A stretch of DNA of 64,000 nucleotides from Octopus bimaculoides. Its lineage: Eukaryota. Below, piece after piece: positions 1 to 13,179 of the stretch. The stretch is from NCBI RefSeq assembly GCF_001194135.2, contig NC_068992.1:8905764-8969763 (forward strand). The letters are read 5' to 3'. Positions within the stretch are counted from its first letter, which is position 1. Each line of letters opens with the position of its first letter. The notes under the pieces are model-generated. The model was not told the origin of the DNA. It saw only the letters and a list, made by a program, of their open reading frames with translations, and searched no databases. Position numbers and translations under genes: made by a program.

Positions 1-2018
1 AACTGGGAACAAAACAAACAGATGATAAAGCTGTTATGATAGAAAGAAAAAAGACCCCCTGCACTCCAACAAACCCCAGTTTTCTATTATTTAGCTGCAA
101 TTGATCAATAGTTAAACTATGTAACAAAATCCTTCATATATGTTCACTAACATTCTTCATTTGCCTTAATGAATTCATTTCCTAGGAAAGAAACAAATTT
201 TCCATTTTCTAAAGGCTGTCATTTGTTAAGTTCAAATGTAAACAGAATTTGTCAAAGACACAATAAGTATTTTACTCATAATTTCATAACAAAATATAAT
301 ATCACTGAAATAATTTTAAAAAATTTTTTATGAAAGAAAAAATATCAAAAATCATTTGAACTTACAACAAAAGTACACAATTAGTCGTGGAAATAGCTTT
401 TTAATCTTTCTATTATTGCTTACACAAATGAATTGCCATATTTACAATTAATGTTTTTTTATGAAAGTTAAAATAAAGTACTAAAAAACAATTCAAGTAC
501 AAAATACCTAGATTACATTCAACTGTAAAGCTGTATAAAAACTGTCACACTATAGAAGCATCACGAAGATCGCATGTAAGTTATATCTATTTCGGTCCTA
601 CATTACAGAAGGGTGAAGTCTCCAAAATATAACATCCTACATAGCATAATGGTTAGCATGACAGCAGTGGCTAGCAAAGCCTACCCTGCTTTGAGGAACA
701 ATGGCAGAGATTGGTGGAATGTGTCCACAAATCTCTTTGGTCTTGTACTCATCAGAAGTCAGGTGTATGTACCATCCAAGTGATTTTGAAGATCTTTCAT
801 CATAGTTCAAGTTTTAGTTATATCGAGAAAAATGGTCTCTCTCTCCCTCCCTCCCTAAATCCTGAAGAGCACCAACCTAGCCGACTTTGGAATAACTTGA
901 TTGCCAAATATTACTGAAGCCTTTTACAGGCATTCTAAGATTGACCCTTATGTGTCAGAAAATATTTCTTATTGTTAGTAAACACTGAATCAAAATATAG
1001 ATACACCTACATGTGCATGTATGTCAATACACACACACAAACATATATATAATGGGCTTCTGCATAGATTCTGCCAACCAAATTCTACTCACTAAAAATT
1101 CTGGTGAAGACACATCTCTCAAGGTGTTGCGCAGTGGGACTGAACCTGATTGCCGAGCAAACATCTGAACCAAATAGCCCAATCTATACCCAAATGAAAA
1201 AATGTGTATGTGCCCAGCTGTTTATCTTAGTGATGTGGTAAATGGGATCCATGTAGCTTAAACAAAAGTTAGTAACAAATCAATTATGCGAAACAGCAAT
1301 AATATCATCATTATATAAATCCTAGTAAATCTCACTTTTTACATGCTGAAAAATAAACCTCTATCTTTCCCTCTGTCACACCACACATCACCACATTCAT
1401 TCCTAACAAATACCAGCTGTTACCTTTCTTATGTGATATCTCTTGTAAACAATTGTTTTTTTTTTAATATTTGCTCAGTCTATTTCCAAAGTTCCATACT
1501 GCACTTCCATTATGTACATCTGACTAGAATTTGTAGTTGAATTTCCCTTAAATCACACTTTACCCATCTTAATAAAAAAATGAATAATTAAAAAAATGGA
1601 AACAACACAAAATATAATACAGTTCTAGATACCTGAAATAGAGAAGAGTGGTCAATATTGGAATGTCTTAGAAAATTATAATCGGTCTGTTCATTCAGGA
1701 AAAAACCTGGGGCAAAAGCATTTAATTTTATTCGTTAATTCATTGTAAAATGTAAAAATATTCCACTATATACATTGATGCTTGTGTCATTACTAATCTA
1801 TCAATCACATACAATTTAAAGATTAATAAAGATATTTCTTTGATGAAACACCAACCTTTTGATAAGACATCCCAATTTAGATACAGCACTAACACTACTT
1901 CCATTTTCTCCATTTTAATAACAATAAAGTTATATATCTCATCTAATTGTTTCAGAAGAACATTCTGCAACAACTATGCCTAGGTTACTAACACACAAAA
2001 AGAAAAGATATTCCTCTA

Positions 2019-2019
<1 letters not shown>

Positions 2020-2112
<93 letters not shown>
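2020..2112. repeat. (TG)n followed by (TA)n microsatellite
   Basis: Direct reading. One of dozens, e.g. 3033-3078, 25010-25125, 25554-25640, 46966-47040, 62104-62195. Confidence 0.98.
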
Positions 2113-2114
<2 letters not shown>

Positions 2115-2810
2115 CATATATATGCATACCTGCACAACACACATATACTAGGAACAAACTGGAAGAATGAGTACTCAACACCAGGAAAGTGGATGAAAAA
2201 TTCTTTCTGATGGAATATTTGTTGCATTTCTGGCACCTAAAGTTTCATGCTAACAGAGATCAACATTTTTCAACTATTTAAAGTTGACACTCACGTGTGC
2301 CTGGCTGAATGAGTATAGAAACAGTCAAACATTAATTGAATGATCCTCAATACATCTAAGTAGAATATCATTAATTTCTACAAGGAAATGATCGACAGTG
2401 ACTTTGAAGTTTTGCTGAGTAATTAGGATATGTACTATGTACTATTACCTGAAAGAGAGAACACAAAACGTCTGTAAAGATACCATTTATTGAGCAAATT
2501 GTAAAGTTTAATACCTCACAGTAACCAGCAGGTCTATCTTCAGACAAGCCTTAGGCATTATTAGCAAAACATTGTTAGTAATAACGACAAACTGAAATAT
2601 TTATGAAATATACCCTATGTCACTACCAATGTTTCATACTTCGTGGTTCTTTCAGGGAGCACTGAAGAGAATTACATCATTTGAAATGTGGGCACTACAG
2701 AACATATGATAGATAAAAATATTATAAACTATATTGTAATGTACTGAGCTCTTTATTGTATGACTGGTCTCTCTTAGTGTTCACCTTAAGAATTTTATAC
2801 TTATATAAGT

Positions 2811-3002
2811 AAACTTTAGGTCAGTTCAAATATGTTTGGGATATATTTCAACATGAAAAGGCTTTTGTACTGCAGTTAACCATGGGGGAAAATATTCTTG
2901 CTTTAAGTAACAAAGGTGTGACAATGCCCTGTGCAGACTGCAATGTAAAAGCCTTTACAAGTTGAAATATGCCCCAAACATATTTGAACTAATCTAAAGT
3001 TT
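2811..3002. repeat. Imperfect inverted repeat, 66-bp arms, 60-nt loop
   Basis: 2811-2876 versus 2937-3002, about 9 mismatches. Confidence 0.9.
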
Positions 3003-3029
3003 GTTTATTTTTCATCATTGCTTTGCCCA

Positions 3030-3081
<52 letters not shown>

Positions 3082-5724
3082 ACAGTTTGTTATATATATA
3101 GGAGTTCAAGGAAGGGTATGAAGGAAACAAACAAAGCTTTTCTGCAACTATTTCCTTACAAAATATGTCAGTAAATTAATACAATTGTTATAGAATATTT
3201 GTATAGGCATTTGTAAAATATGTTACATAGTTTAGTGATAATAATAGAATTACTGTAGAGTGTGGCTAGAATCAAGGTCAAACCAAATAAGCCTGTCACC
3301 CAACCTGCTAGAAATAGCAGCTAAGCTTACTTGAAAAAGAAAAGAAAAAAAAAGAAGACTGAATGGACACAAACAGAAAAGTTATGGGTACAGATATGCT
3401 GCATGACTGGGCACTGACCTGGGGCAAATACTGACCCAACAAAAATTAGCATATACAGGAGCAATACAGTTGCTGTCATAGAAAGTAATGCATAAGAGAA
3501 AGTAATGCAATCTCAGTAGGCAACTGCTTCTTAGTACAACAAAGTACTTTTTTAATTTTCTTTTTAATAATCAGCATACTGAAATAACTCTTCAATGCAA
3601 TATATTCCATTTGCATACAAGAATAATGAAATAAATATTTGTAAAAAGCACAGCTTGCAAGCGTAGCTTTGTGAATGAGCTGCTACGTGGTTCTTTCATC
3701 AAATATCCTCAAATCACACTCTACTATTTAGACAAAAAATGAAGTGTCTTTAGTCCTAGATGTATAATGTTTGAATAAAAGACAGTATGGTGATAGCTTG
3801 AATGCTTCAGATCAGTTAAAAAAAAAACAAATTTATCAATTCATCTTCTATAATGATGAAATAAATATTAAAAAAAAAAACAAAGAAGAAAAACCCACAA
3901 AGAATAAAACTAAAAACAAAAAAAAAAATTCACAATTTGTAAACTATTTTAATGTCTGTATTGCAATACCTGTAACAAAATTTAGTGATTGCCAGACAGA
4001 CATATCTCCCTGTCACTATACCAAGCATCTTGACATTGATGTTTCAAAGTAGTTTTAGAACATTCTCAAACAAATCAAAAAGCCTTTTACTCAACAATGC
4101 TGGGGTAAAAAAAAAAAAAAAAAAGCACTGGTGCATAAACCAACAAAGGAATTCTATACTGTCATTCAACCGGCAAGAAAGTCAGTCAAATCTCTTTCAA
4201 ATTACACACTTTCATCTTGAAGAGAGAAACATGTTATAATGTAATCCTAGACATGCAATGCCCAAGAATGGTTATAGCATGAATACTTTTGAGCACAGGT
4301 CTACTTAATCCTTGCAGACCTAGAGCAACAACAACTATGTGCAAGTAATATTTTCCAGTTTTTGGTATTTTCTACTTGAATGTTTCAATAATAAATAACA
4401 AACAAAATAGATGATATTGTTAACCAGAAATTGTTCATCATTATAAATTGTTATGGTTGTAATTGCAGGCATGAGCAACCTTCTGCAGGAAGTGGGCTGC
4501 TTGTAACCAGGTGAGGCATACTACTAAAAAAAAATCCAAGGTAATTATTTTAGGCATGCCATTCAAAAAGCCCCACAGGATTCTGTTTACCCATGACTGA
4601 TGCAACATAATCACTGATCTGACCCAGGTCTGCACTGATATTAGTGAAAAGTAAGATTTATGATCAGGGGTGTTTCAGCCTTGTCCACTATATTCCACTA
4701 TTCTATCTCATCTTTTTAGACAGAGTCTATCTAAAACTCCCTTATCTTTGGCCCCTTAAAAACAAAAGCAAAAAAAAAAGAAAAAGAAAAAAAAAACTAA
4801 ATAATAAATAAATATAAACCAGAGGGTGTAATTTGAAAGAAATCTGATTGCTACTTCTTGACACAAAACTGAACACATTCTTTCACACGAGGTGAATGGA
4901 CAGAGTTTAAGTTGTAGTTCTTAGTTATTGCAAACCCCACCCCCCAAGACAGTGTAGTGAGCAGCACAATTGGAAGAAGTAAACAGAATAAAATAAATTC
5001 AAGGAAAAAATTTTTTATTGGACTACTCAAACAAAAAGGTTACTTAAATTCAAATTCATTAGATTATAAAAATTAAGCAACATGACATATTACTAAATAG
5101 AATTAAAACACACACAGCTATATAAATGAATGTGTTTAGATTTTAATGAAATTAAAATTCATTTTGATGGCTAAGGAAACTACTAAAGTAATCAATATTT
5201 ATATATTTATTGCAAATTATTGCTTAGTGATCAATATTTATAGGTCAATGAGATGAAATTAAGAAAAAGTGGAATCACTGAAGTCAAAATAACATATCCA
5301 GAACAAAATCAAGAAATTATAACATGGATAAGTTAGTGTTAATATTGTTCATGCAGGAAACCTTTAAATCACTTAGTAGAAATAATAATGCATGGAAGAA
5401 AATTACTTTTAAGTCAGTGACTGTTTTTATTACCATTTTCCTCCTGTATATTACAAGGGAAAACTCCAAACAAACTTCACTCATATTCTGACCTCATCAG
5501 AGAGCATACCTCCCCTTCACCATGCTTGCCAGAAGTAGTGGTGAAAGAGCTGCAAAAAAAATGTACAAAATTGTACACTGATTTGCAGGTGGGCTCAATG
5601 GTGATCACCCATAGGAAACATAGGTAACTGTGAATGTTAATTAACAGGAAAGAAGCAGAAGAAGAGTGGAAGGAGTCCAACGGTGCTTTAGTATTTTGAA
5701 ACTGATGTCCAATTTTCTCAGATG

Positions 5725-5765
<41 letters not shown>

Positions 5766-6579
5766 TCCCCCCACTCACAATTTTGCTTCATCCTGATCTA
5801 TTTTCTTCTTCTTTGCTTTCTATCTGTAAGTCAAATTTACATAATGGTAATACCCCCACAGGGCTGAGATGGCATGAAAAGAGGAAGGAAGAGTTGCAGG
5901 AAACAGAATAAACAAGTTTTAACAATTTGAGATGATTTGTGGTTCACTATCATTATCATCATTATTGAATAAAACAAAATCAACAACAACAACATAACCA
6001 ATAATATATACATACATACATATATATATGTGTATATAACATATATGTATATTGCAATATATCAATATGTAGCATGGTAAACAGCCATGCAATATGACAA
6101 TACAATAATATAACTATGTGTTACGTAACACAGAAGAGTATCTACATGACTGTATTAATCAGAAATTTTGATTGCTCTTCATATACACAAATGTATACAC
6201 ATACAAAACATACATACATGCACACTCATACATGCAAACACAGTCAGTCATGGAAGAAAACCAAAATTGGTGCAGTTGGCTGGAATGAACAATTTTATCT
6301 ACTTGTTAGTCCAACCATATATTCTGAGTTCCATCAGACCTGACCTGACCTGACCTGGCTGAATAGAAGAGACTAGACCAAAAAAAAAAAAAAGTTGTAT
6401 TAGATGTGAGTGGAGGAGGAATGAGGGAGGCAGATAAGGAGGGGAAGAAGGAAAGGAAAAGGAGAGAGGAAGAACAACAAAGTGAAAACCTCAATGAGGA
6501 AGAATAAAGCAGAAGGAAGGAATTTGAGGATGGAGTGGTGGTGGTGGTGTGGGGAGCAGAAACAAAACTGTGTGTATAT

Positions 6580-6582
<3 letters not shown>

Positions 6583-6665
<83 letters not shown>
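6583..6665. repeat. Compound (TA)n(GA)n microsatellite
   Basis: Direct reading. Confidence 0.98.
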
Positions 6666-6672
<7 letters not shown>

Positions 6673-7132
6673 TGGGGAGAGATGAGAAGAAAGAACATTA
6701 AGGGCTGCTTTATTATATGGATAGAAAGAAATAAAGGAATCTTGATGAATAGTTCCAACAAAATATATTTGAAATAATGTTAAAAATTGGAAAGAAAATT
6801 AAAAAAATATAAAAAAAAACAAAACAAAAGGAAATAAAAGATAAAAAAAAAAAGCCAAACATACAGATGTAATAAACAACCACCCTGTTGAAGTTGAGCA
6901 AATGCCAGCAAGCAACAAGTTGGGAAAAATGGTGGCACATCGACATTGAAAATATATGACAGCTTACTGTAGGCAACGGGCTGCGTTGGTCAGCTGACAT
7001 GTCAACTTATACATACATACACACACACATGTATATACACACACACATGTATATACACACACACATACATACACACATGTATATTTTGTGGTGGCATTGG
7101 TGGTGGTCACTTCTACTTTTTGTTTTTCCTCA

Positions 7133-7159
7133 TCAGCTGACATTCAAATCTAGTTCAAC
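7133..7159 (-). CDS. SNX27: Candidate SNX27 terminal exon coding part (VELDLNVS* when joined directly to WQKE)
   Basis: Acceptor attgatttctttgctttcag|GTT, then GTT GAA CTA GAT TTG AAT GTC AGC TGA. No obvious donor downstream. Confidence 0.6.
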   Translation of the reverse strand, partial: VELDLNVS

Positions 7160-7517
7160 CTGAAAGCAAAGAAATCAATGAATAAGAATTTTAAAATCAA
7201 TTGTTATATACTGATACAATAAAACAGTGATAGAAATTATGCAGGAATGGTAAAGTCTGAGACTAAATTGCCATGGCAGAGTAACTACCATGCCTCATGG
7301 TAGTTATAACAGCTCTCTATGCATTGAGTTCACAACCCACTGAGGTCAACTTAGAATTTTCCTCCTTTTAGGGCCAATGAAAAAAGAACTAGTCAAATTT
7401 TGGGGTCAATCCCCCCACTGTCCTACTCCTATCTCTCTCTCTGAATCAGCTATAGGGCACAGTGTGAAAGGTTCAGCAAAGGACAAGTGAACTCTTCTTA
7501 TAGTAAAAAGTGATATA

Positions 7518-7733
7518 CAAAGGGTGCTGGAAAGTTTCTGGCTCTAAGGGTATCACAAAAAGCGTGGTCGGAGGCCCGACCTTCTGAGTTCTTTTACAGG
7601 GCTTAGAAAAACTGAAGGACCACTGCAATAAGTGTGTAAATCTGAGAGGGAAGTATGTTGAATAAAACCATAATTAGCAGATCCTCTTGTATTTTCTTTT
7701 ACCCAAAGCCAGGAACTTTTCAGCACCTCTTTG
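7518..7733 (+). mobile_element. Internally deleted mariner element/MITE (216 bp)
   Basis: TA-flanked ~30-bp TIRs (TA|CAAAGGGTGCTGGAAAGTTTCTGGCT ... AGCCAGGAACTTTTCAGCACCTCTTTG|TA). Retains transposase C-terminus LQGLEKLKDHCNKCVNLRGKYVE*. Confidence 0.85.
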
Positions 7734-8089
7734 TACAATTGGAACAGTCCAGGAACTGATGACGAAGTACAACAATAGCAGCAAGAAGGCACAAATGGGA
7801 GAGGGGAATGGAGGATTGAACTATGAGTCATAGGTTCTCCTCAAACTAGAAACCTAGCCTAAGAGTTTACAAAAGATGTCAACTCTACTGAAGGAGGCAC
7901 CCCACTAAAGAGCCAGGTTACAGAGTTAGACCACATGATAGATGAAGGTAACTACTTCTGCTACCATATGGGTGCAATTTCCAGCAGATTGAGCAACTGC
8001 ATAGATGCACCCTTGCTGGTGTGTGCAAAAATAAATGAGATATATTGCCTTGTTCTATTTAAATTATATGGGTTAAATCTTTTTGAAGA

Positions 8090-8273
8090 AATATTGTAGT
8101 AAGAAACTTGTTTCTCAATCACATGGTTCTGGATTCAGTCCCACTGCATGGCAACTTGGGTAAGTGCCTTCTACTATAGCCACGGGCCGACCAAAGCCTT
8201 GAGTGGATTTGGTAGATGGAAACTCAAAGCCCATCATATATGTATATAGATATATATTATGTATATATTTGTG

Positions 8274-8313
<40 letters not shown>

Positions 8314-8505
8314 TTTGTCCCCCACACACACATGCACACTGCTTGACGACTGGTGTTGTGTTTACATCCCTGCAAAAGAGACTGATAGAATAAGTAGCAG
8401 GCTTTAGTAAAATAAGTCTCAAGTTTGGTTTGTTCAGCTGAGACTCTTCAAGGCGGTGCCCGAGCAAGGCAGCAGTCAAAAATGACTGAAACAAGTAAAA
8501 GATAA
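8090..8505 (+). mobile_element. tRNA-derived SINE family 1 (CORE-like ccttgggcaagtg motif, internal (TG)n, tail aaatgactgaaacaagtaaaaga)
   Basis: Homologous to many copies in the window: about 20881-21332, 27022-27430, 30430-30564, 32455-32780, 33440-33600, 52445-52607, 57720-58070, 61190-61530. Confidence 0.85.
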
Positions 8506-8597
8506 AATATTTTTTAAAAAATAAATTAAAATACCCCCCCCCTTACCCGAAAAACCAACAACAACAATAAAAAAACAACTGAAGATCAGTTACTTAC

Positions 8598-8639
8598 AAA
8601 ACAACTCAATGTCCATCAATAACTCTGTCGCTATCTTCA
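8598..8639 (-). CDS. SNX27: Candidate SNX27 42-nt exon (S-EDSDRVIDGH* in phase 2, stop at 8606-8608; immediate TGA in phase 0)
   Basis: Acceptor tatatttttttatcatttcag| and donor TT|GTAAGT. Phase fits after the 13180-13223 exon. Confidence 0.55.
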
Positions 8640-9104
8640 CTGAAATGATAAAAAAATATATGGGTTATAGTTTTAAAAACACTTGGTTTAATTACTTCAA
8701 GTAAAATACATGTTCAGAAGACTTCTGTTGAGCAGAAAAAAGAAACCCTACAAGGCCCCTGGGTGTGAGATGCTTTCAGTGGAGTCCACTCTTTTGAATG
8801 TATTCAAGTCAGGTCTCAAGTCTTGAGGTAGCTTCCTCCCTTGTTATGACGGCCCAGAAAAAAATGTTATTGGGTCCTGTCCTTCCTCGACTGACTAACT
8901 ACAAAAGAGTTCTTATTTAGCCCAATGTCAACTCATACTAAGTGGACTTATGATTAAAAGTAGTTAGGTTCTGATCACCAACACCATCTTTCCAGATGAC
9001 ATCCTGTCTCTAACACACTGAATCCATCAGTGGTTTCATAAATAAACTTTTTGAAGATGGTAAAGCATTTTTTTGGAAAAATAAATGTATATAGCTCATA
9101 AAAA

Positions 9105-9427
9105 GCCCTGTAGAACATTGGGCCTCACAGAGGCAGTGACAAGCAGCCAAGACCCTTGGCGATATACCATACTTGAGAAGACCTGTGAAGCCAAGTGAGA
9201 TCATAGTCCTGGCCAATGCCGGTGTTACATAACTGCCACCTGTACTTGTGGCACATAAAAGGCACCCACTACACCCTTGGAGTGATTGACATTATGGAAA
9301 GACACCCAGCCATAGAAACCATGCCAAATCAGATTGGGACCTGGTGCAGCTCCCCAGTTTTCAGTCACACCATCCAACCCATACCAGCATGGAAAAAGAA
9401 TGTTAGATGATGATGATGATGATGATT
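9105..9427 (+). mobile_element. Older RTE-LINE 3' fragment
   Basis: RTLGLTEAVTSSQDPWRYTILEKTCEAK* is homologous to the 27661 copy. (GAT)n tail. Confidence 0.8.
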
Positions 9428-11230
9428 TATATATGTGGGTGTGTGGGTGTGTATACATATACACACACATAGAGCAAGCTTCTCTCAGTTTCTGTTGACC
9501 AGATTCACTTTGGTTGACCTGGAGCAATAGTTGAAGACACTTGCCCAAGGCGTTCACACACTGGGACTGAACTCATGACTACATGGTTGGGAAGCGAGTG
9601 TCTTAACCATACAGCCATGCTTCTGTTCAATGATACAAGATTTTAAAATACAGAAAAACAAAACAAAAAAAAAATGCAAATATAATCAAATAGTACAACA
9701 CTTAGTTTAACTATTTAAAGTAGGTTAAGACAGGAAATGTTTAGAAATCTACAGTTATCTGTGTCAAGTAGAAACAATTAAGCAGTAATAGACAGGTTTT
9801 TATTACACTAGCCAATTCTACTTTATAATTCTAAAGTCTCAAAAACTGTTTTGTAACAATCGTGTCATATTAACAACAGCTTTATCAATTCTTCTTTTTT
9901 TTTTTGCTATAATGTATAAAGTTATTTCATGAGAAAAATGTTCTTCCTGCTGCACTATACCCACCACAACAAACAGTTTTGTGTCTGCATTTACTAAGAT
10001 GCATCAGCTGCATTAACATCAGGTAATATGGTAGATTTCAAAAGCAATGGGCCCTACTCCTATTTTCCACATTGAAATGTAAGAAAGAAGTAAAATAAAC
10101 GAGTGAGGGGAAAGGGCTAGAGAGAGGAGATAGAGGGATAAGGGGAGTGGAAACTAAGAATGACCTGTGGATATATAAATATATATATGTATATATATAT
10201 AAAATATCTATATATATTTCTNNNNNNNNNNNNNNNNNNNNNNNNNNNNNNNNNNNNNNNNNNNNNNNNNNNNNNNNNNNNNNNNNNNNNNNNNNNNNNN
10301 NNNNNNNNNNNNNNNNNNNNNNNNNNNNNNNNNNNNNNNNNNNNNNNNNNNNNNNNNNNNNNNNNNNNNNNNNNNNNNNNNNNNNNNNNNNNNNNNNNNN
10401 NNNNNNNNNNNNNNNNNNNNNNNNNNNNNNNNNNNNNNNNNNNNNNNNNNNNNNNNNNNNNNNNNNNNNNNNNNNNNNNNNNNNNNNNNNNNNNNNNNNN
10501 NNNNNNNNNNNNNNNNNNNNNNNNNNNNNNNNNNNNNNNNNNNNNNNNNNNNNNNNNNNNNNNNNNNNNNNNNNNNNNNNNNNNNNNNNNNNNNNNNNNN
10601 NNNNNNNNNNNTTTTGTTTAAATAAATGGGAGGAAGGGCAACACTAAATTCCATTCAACTCCCAGTAGTTGACTGGTATCTATTTCACTGACCCGAACAA
10701 AAAAATGGAAAAGACTCAGTCAGATTTTAGCAGGTTTTGAACACAACATATTGATATGATGTTTGACTTCTTATAACTGTTATATCTGAACTGTTATAAT
10801 ATCAAACGTTCCTGATGTTCTCTTATTACTCTCCAACTGTGTATCTTCAACAAGCACTCAACGATATCGCTATTCAATAATTCCTACGACCTGTACCCTA
10901 TGACTGAGAATATGACAAGCTTCCCAGACTGTTCTATGCATGCTCATTGATACTAACGAGTCTAATTCACTTAGCCCATCACAGGGGCATACAGATTCCT
11001 CATACAACACACATGGAGAGATGCAGTCTAATACAATAAAATATTTTGTCTAGTGCACTCAATAGATTCTCTAGAGCACTGGACATGCAATACTTAGCAT
11101 GCTTCCTTTAGTGTCAGAACTTAGATCCAGCTGACGTCAACTTTACCTTTCATTCTTCTAGGATTGGTAAAATGACATGCCACTCAGATACTTAAGGTCA
11201 ACTTAACATTCCTATAAAACGTCAGCAATA

Positions 11231-11712
11231 CAGGGTGTGGTGAATATGCTGTTGTGTAAATTATGCAAAAATATAAAGAACACTGTCATCTCATTTTAAC
11301 AGATATATTCACCAAACATAAAAATATCTTGAAGTACTGAAGAGTAAATTTATTCAATAAAATTGCCATTGGCTTCAACCATGGCCTCCAGACATCTTCT
11401 GGATAGTCACCTTGTTTAAGTTGGTGAATGCTGCCATAATCCTTGACTTCAGTTCATCTTTCATGTTACAAGGAGCTTTGTTGGTCTCTCATTCAACTGC
11501 ACTCCACACATAATAATCAAGGAGGTTGCAGTCTGGGGAGTTAAGTGGCCAGATGTTAGGGGTGATGTGGTCAAAGAAATTGTCTGACAGCCATGACTGG
11601 GTTCTCTTGCTTGTGTGGCATGGTACAAAGTCCTGTTGCCAGACATAGGGTCTTCCAGCAGTCATCCTCTTGACCCAGAGCAGCACTACCTCCTCCAGGC
11701 ATTTGATGTAGA
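11231..11712 (-). mobile_element. Degenerate Tc1/mariner-superfamily transposase 3' fragment, maT/DD37D-like
   Basis: ORF 11489..11686(-) has YVWQQDFVPCHTSKRTQSWL and WPLNSPDCNLLDYYVW motifs. Ends at TA|CAGGGTGTGG. Confidence 0.8.
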
Positions 11713-12916
11713 AAAGAGTGCAGGAAAAGAAAGATGGTCATGTGAGCATCGTCCATCTTTCTTTTCCTGCATGACATTCTAAGGACTGGACATTTTCTTT
11801 TTCTCACTTCTATCTTTTCTGTTATACAAATATCAAACAGAAAAACAACAATAACTGCACACTTACATCATCATTTTACATCCATTTTCCATGCTGGCAT
11901 GGGTCGAACAATTTGAGAGGAGCTAAAAAGGCCAGGAGCTGCACCAGGCTGCCCTTCCTAATGCCAAACATACATATATACATATGTGTATATATATGTT
12001 CTGCATTCTTAAATAGAATAAATTTCAAGGACACACATCAAACTTTTTTACTAGTACATATGGACCACACTATCCAATGTATCTTTTCATTCGTTTATGT
12101 TGGCAAGGTGACTGGAAGGAGATTTAGCTGTTATTTCTAGCCGACTGAGCAACTGCATAGTGGTTCATTCTCCTACTGACATGAATAGCCACCATTAACA
12201 ATGGAAGTGAAAATGACAAAAGCTAAGCCTAGTCTGGTAGACAGTAATTATATTCTATAATCTGAATAATTGCAGCAATCAGTTATGTGAAAGGATCACC
12301 ATCCAGCTTTTAGGTCTTCGTGTCACTCATCATTTTCATATCTCTTTTGAAGTGGAAAAGAAACGGTGACAGCTTACAAAATATAATGAAAAGAAACCCT
12401 GGTAGTGTCTCAGAGACAGTCAACCAGGTTATCATCAAAGCAGTTCTTTAAATTTATACAATTCAAGAGTATAAACAAACACACACACACACACACATTC
12501 TGACATGGGAGATGGAACTGATTATTTACATAGGAAATAAAAAAAAATTTTTTTAATATCTTTTTGCTTTTATAACTTTGCTTCTGAGATGCAAATATTC
12601 AATATTCCAATACATTCATTTCATCAACCCCTGCAGATTACTGTCTTGAGTCCCAGGACTCTTAGGATTGGTTATCTGGTTTCCATGGCATCTAAGTGAC
12701 CCTGAATGGGCTACTCGTTCCCAGCTGAGTAAACTGGAACAATGTGAAACGAAGTAATTTGCTCAAGAATACAATGTACCACCTGGTCTAGGAATCAAAA
12801 CCGTGATCTTGTGACTGTGTATGAAAACCCCTTACTACAATGCCACTCAGAATTCCAATTTGGTATTGAATGAAGTTTACATGGTGGAAGTGTAACAGAC
12901 AGTTAAAAGAGCTTAC

Positions 12917-12979
12917 TGCAAAAGTAACAACACTGTTGCAAAAAGGAGTCTTTGAGGGCAACATATACAGAAGAATGGT
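12917..12979 (-). CDS. SNX27: Candidate SNX27 63-nt frame-preserving cassette exon (R-PFFCICCPQRLLFATVLLLL-H in phase 2)
   Basis: Acceptor ttttctttgcttttgcttacag| and donor CA|GTAAGC. Length divisible by 3 and open in all three frames. Supported by splice signals only. Confidence 0.4.
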
Positions 12980-13179
12980 CTGTAAGCAAAAGCAAAGAAA
13001 ACTGTGTTAAAAATAGCCATGAAGGAATAAGTCGGTGTAAGCTAGTGTCCCGATTCCAATAATCTTATTAGTAACAATGATAGCTGGTCGTAGAAAAATT
13101 GCAGCTTTCATGAGAGGTTAGTCTGTGAAATGAAAGTGGAGGAAAGGTCACATAAACCAAAGTTATACATGATGCTCAC

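Larger units (their letters stand above)
1..7132 (-). other. Putative long 3' UTR and downstream region of SNX27 (end not determined)
   Basis: Follows the candidate terminal exon. AT-rich, microsatellite-rich, with few full transposon copies. Several TTTATT (AATAAA on minus) hexamers, e.g. near 2485 and 5015. Confidence 0.35.

Noticed and set aside
1939-2236. ORFs made of HT/CV/YI/RE dipeptide runs (also near 6.5, 24.9, 25.5, 41.9, 53 and 62 kb)
   Set aside because: Translations of microsatellites.
6990-7143. Repeated 11-mer TCAGCTGACAT (6990-7000 and 7133-7143) flanking a microsatellite at the stop codon
   Set aside because: Too short to distinguish from chance or an old slippage duplication.
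10147-10654. Long ORFs spanning N runs (also 20872-21314, 23088-23866, 59950-60286)
   Set aside because: Artefacts of assembly gaps.
12280-12334. C-box (ATGATGA) and D-box (CTGA) pair on the minus strand suggesting an intronic snoRNA
   Set aside because: Only ~55 nt, no terminal stem and no recognisable rRNA guide.
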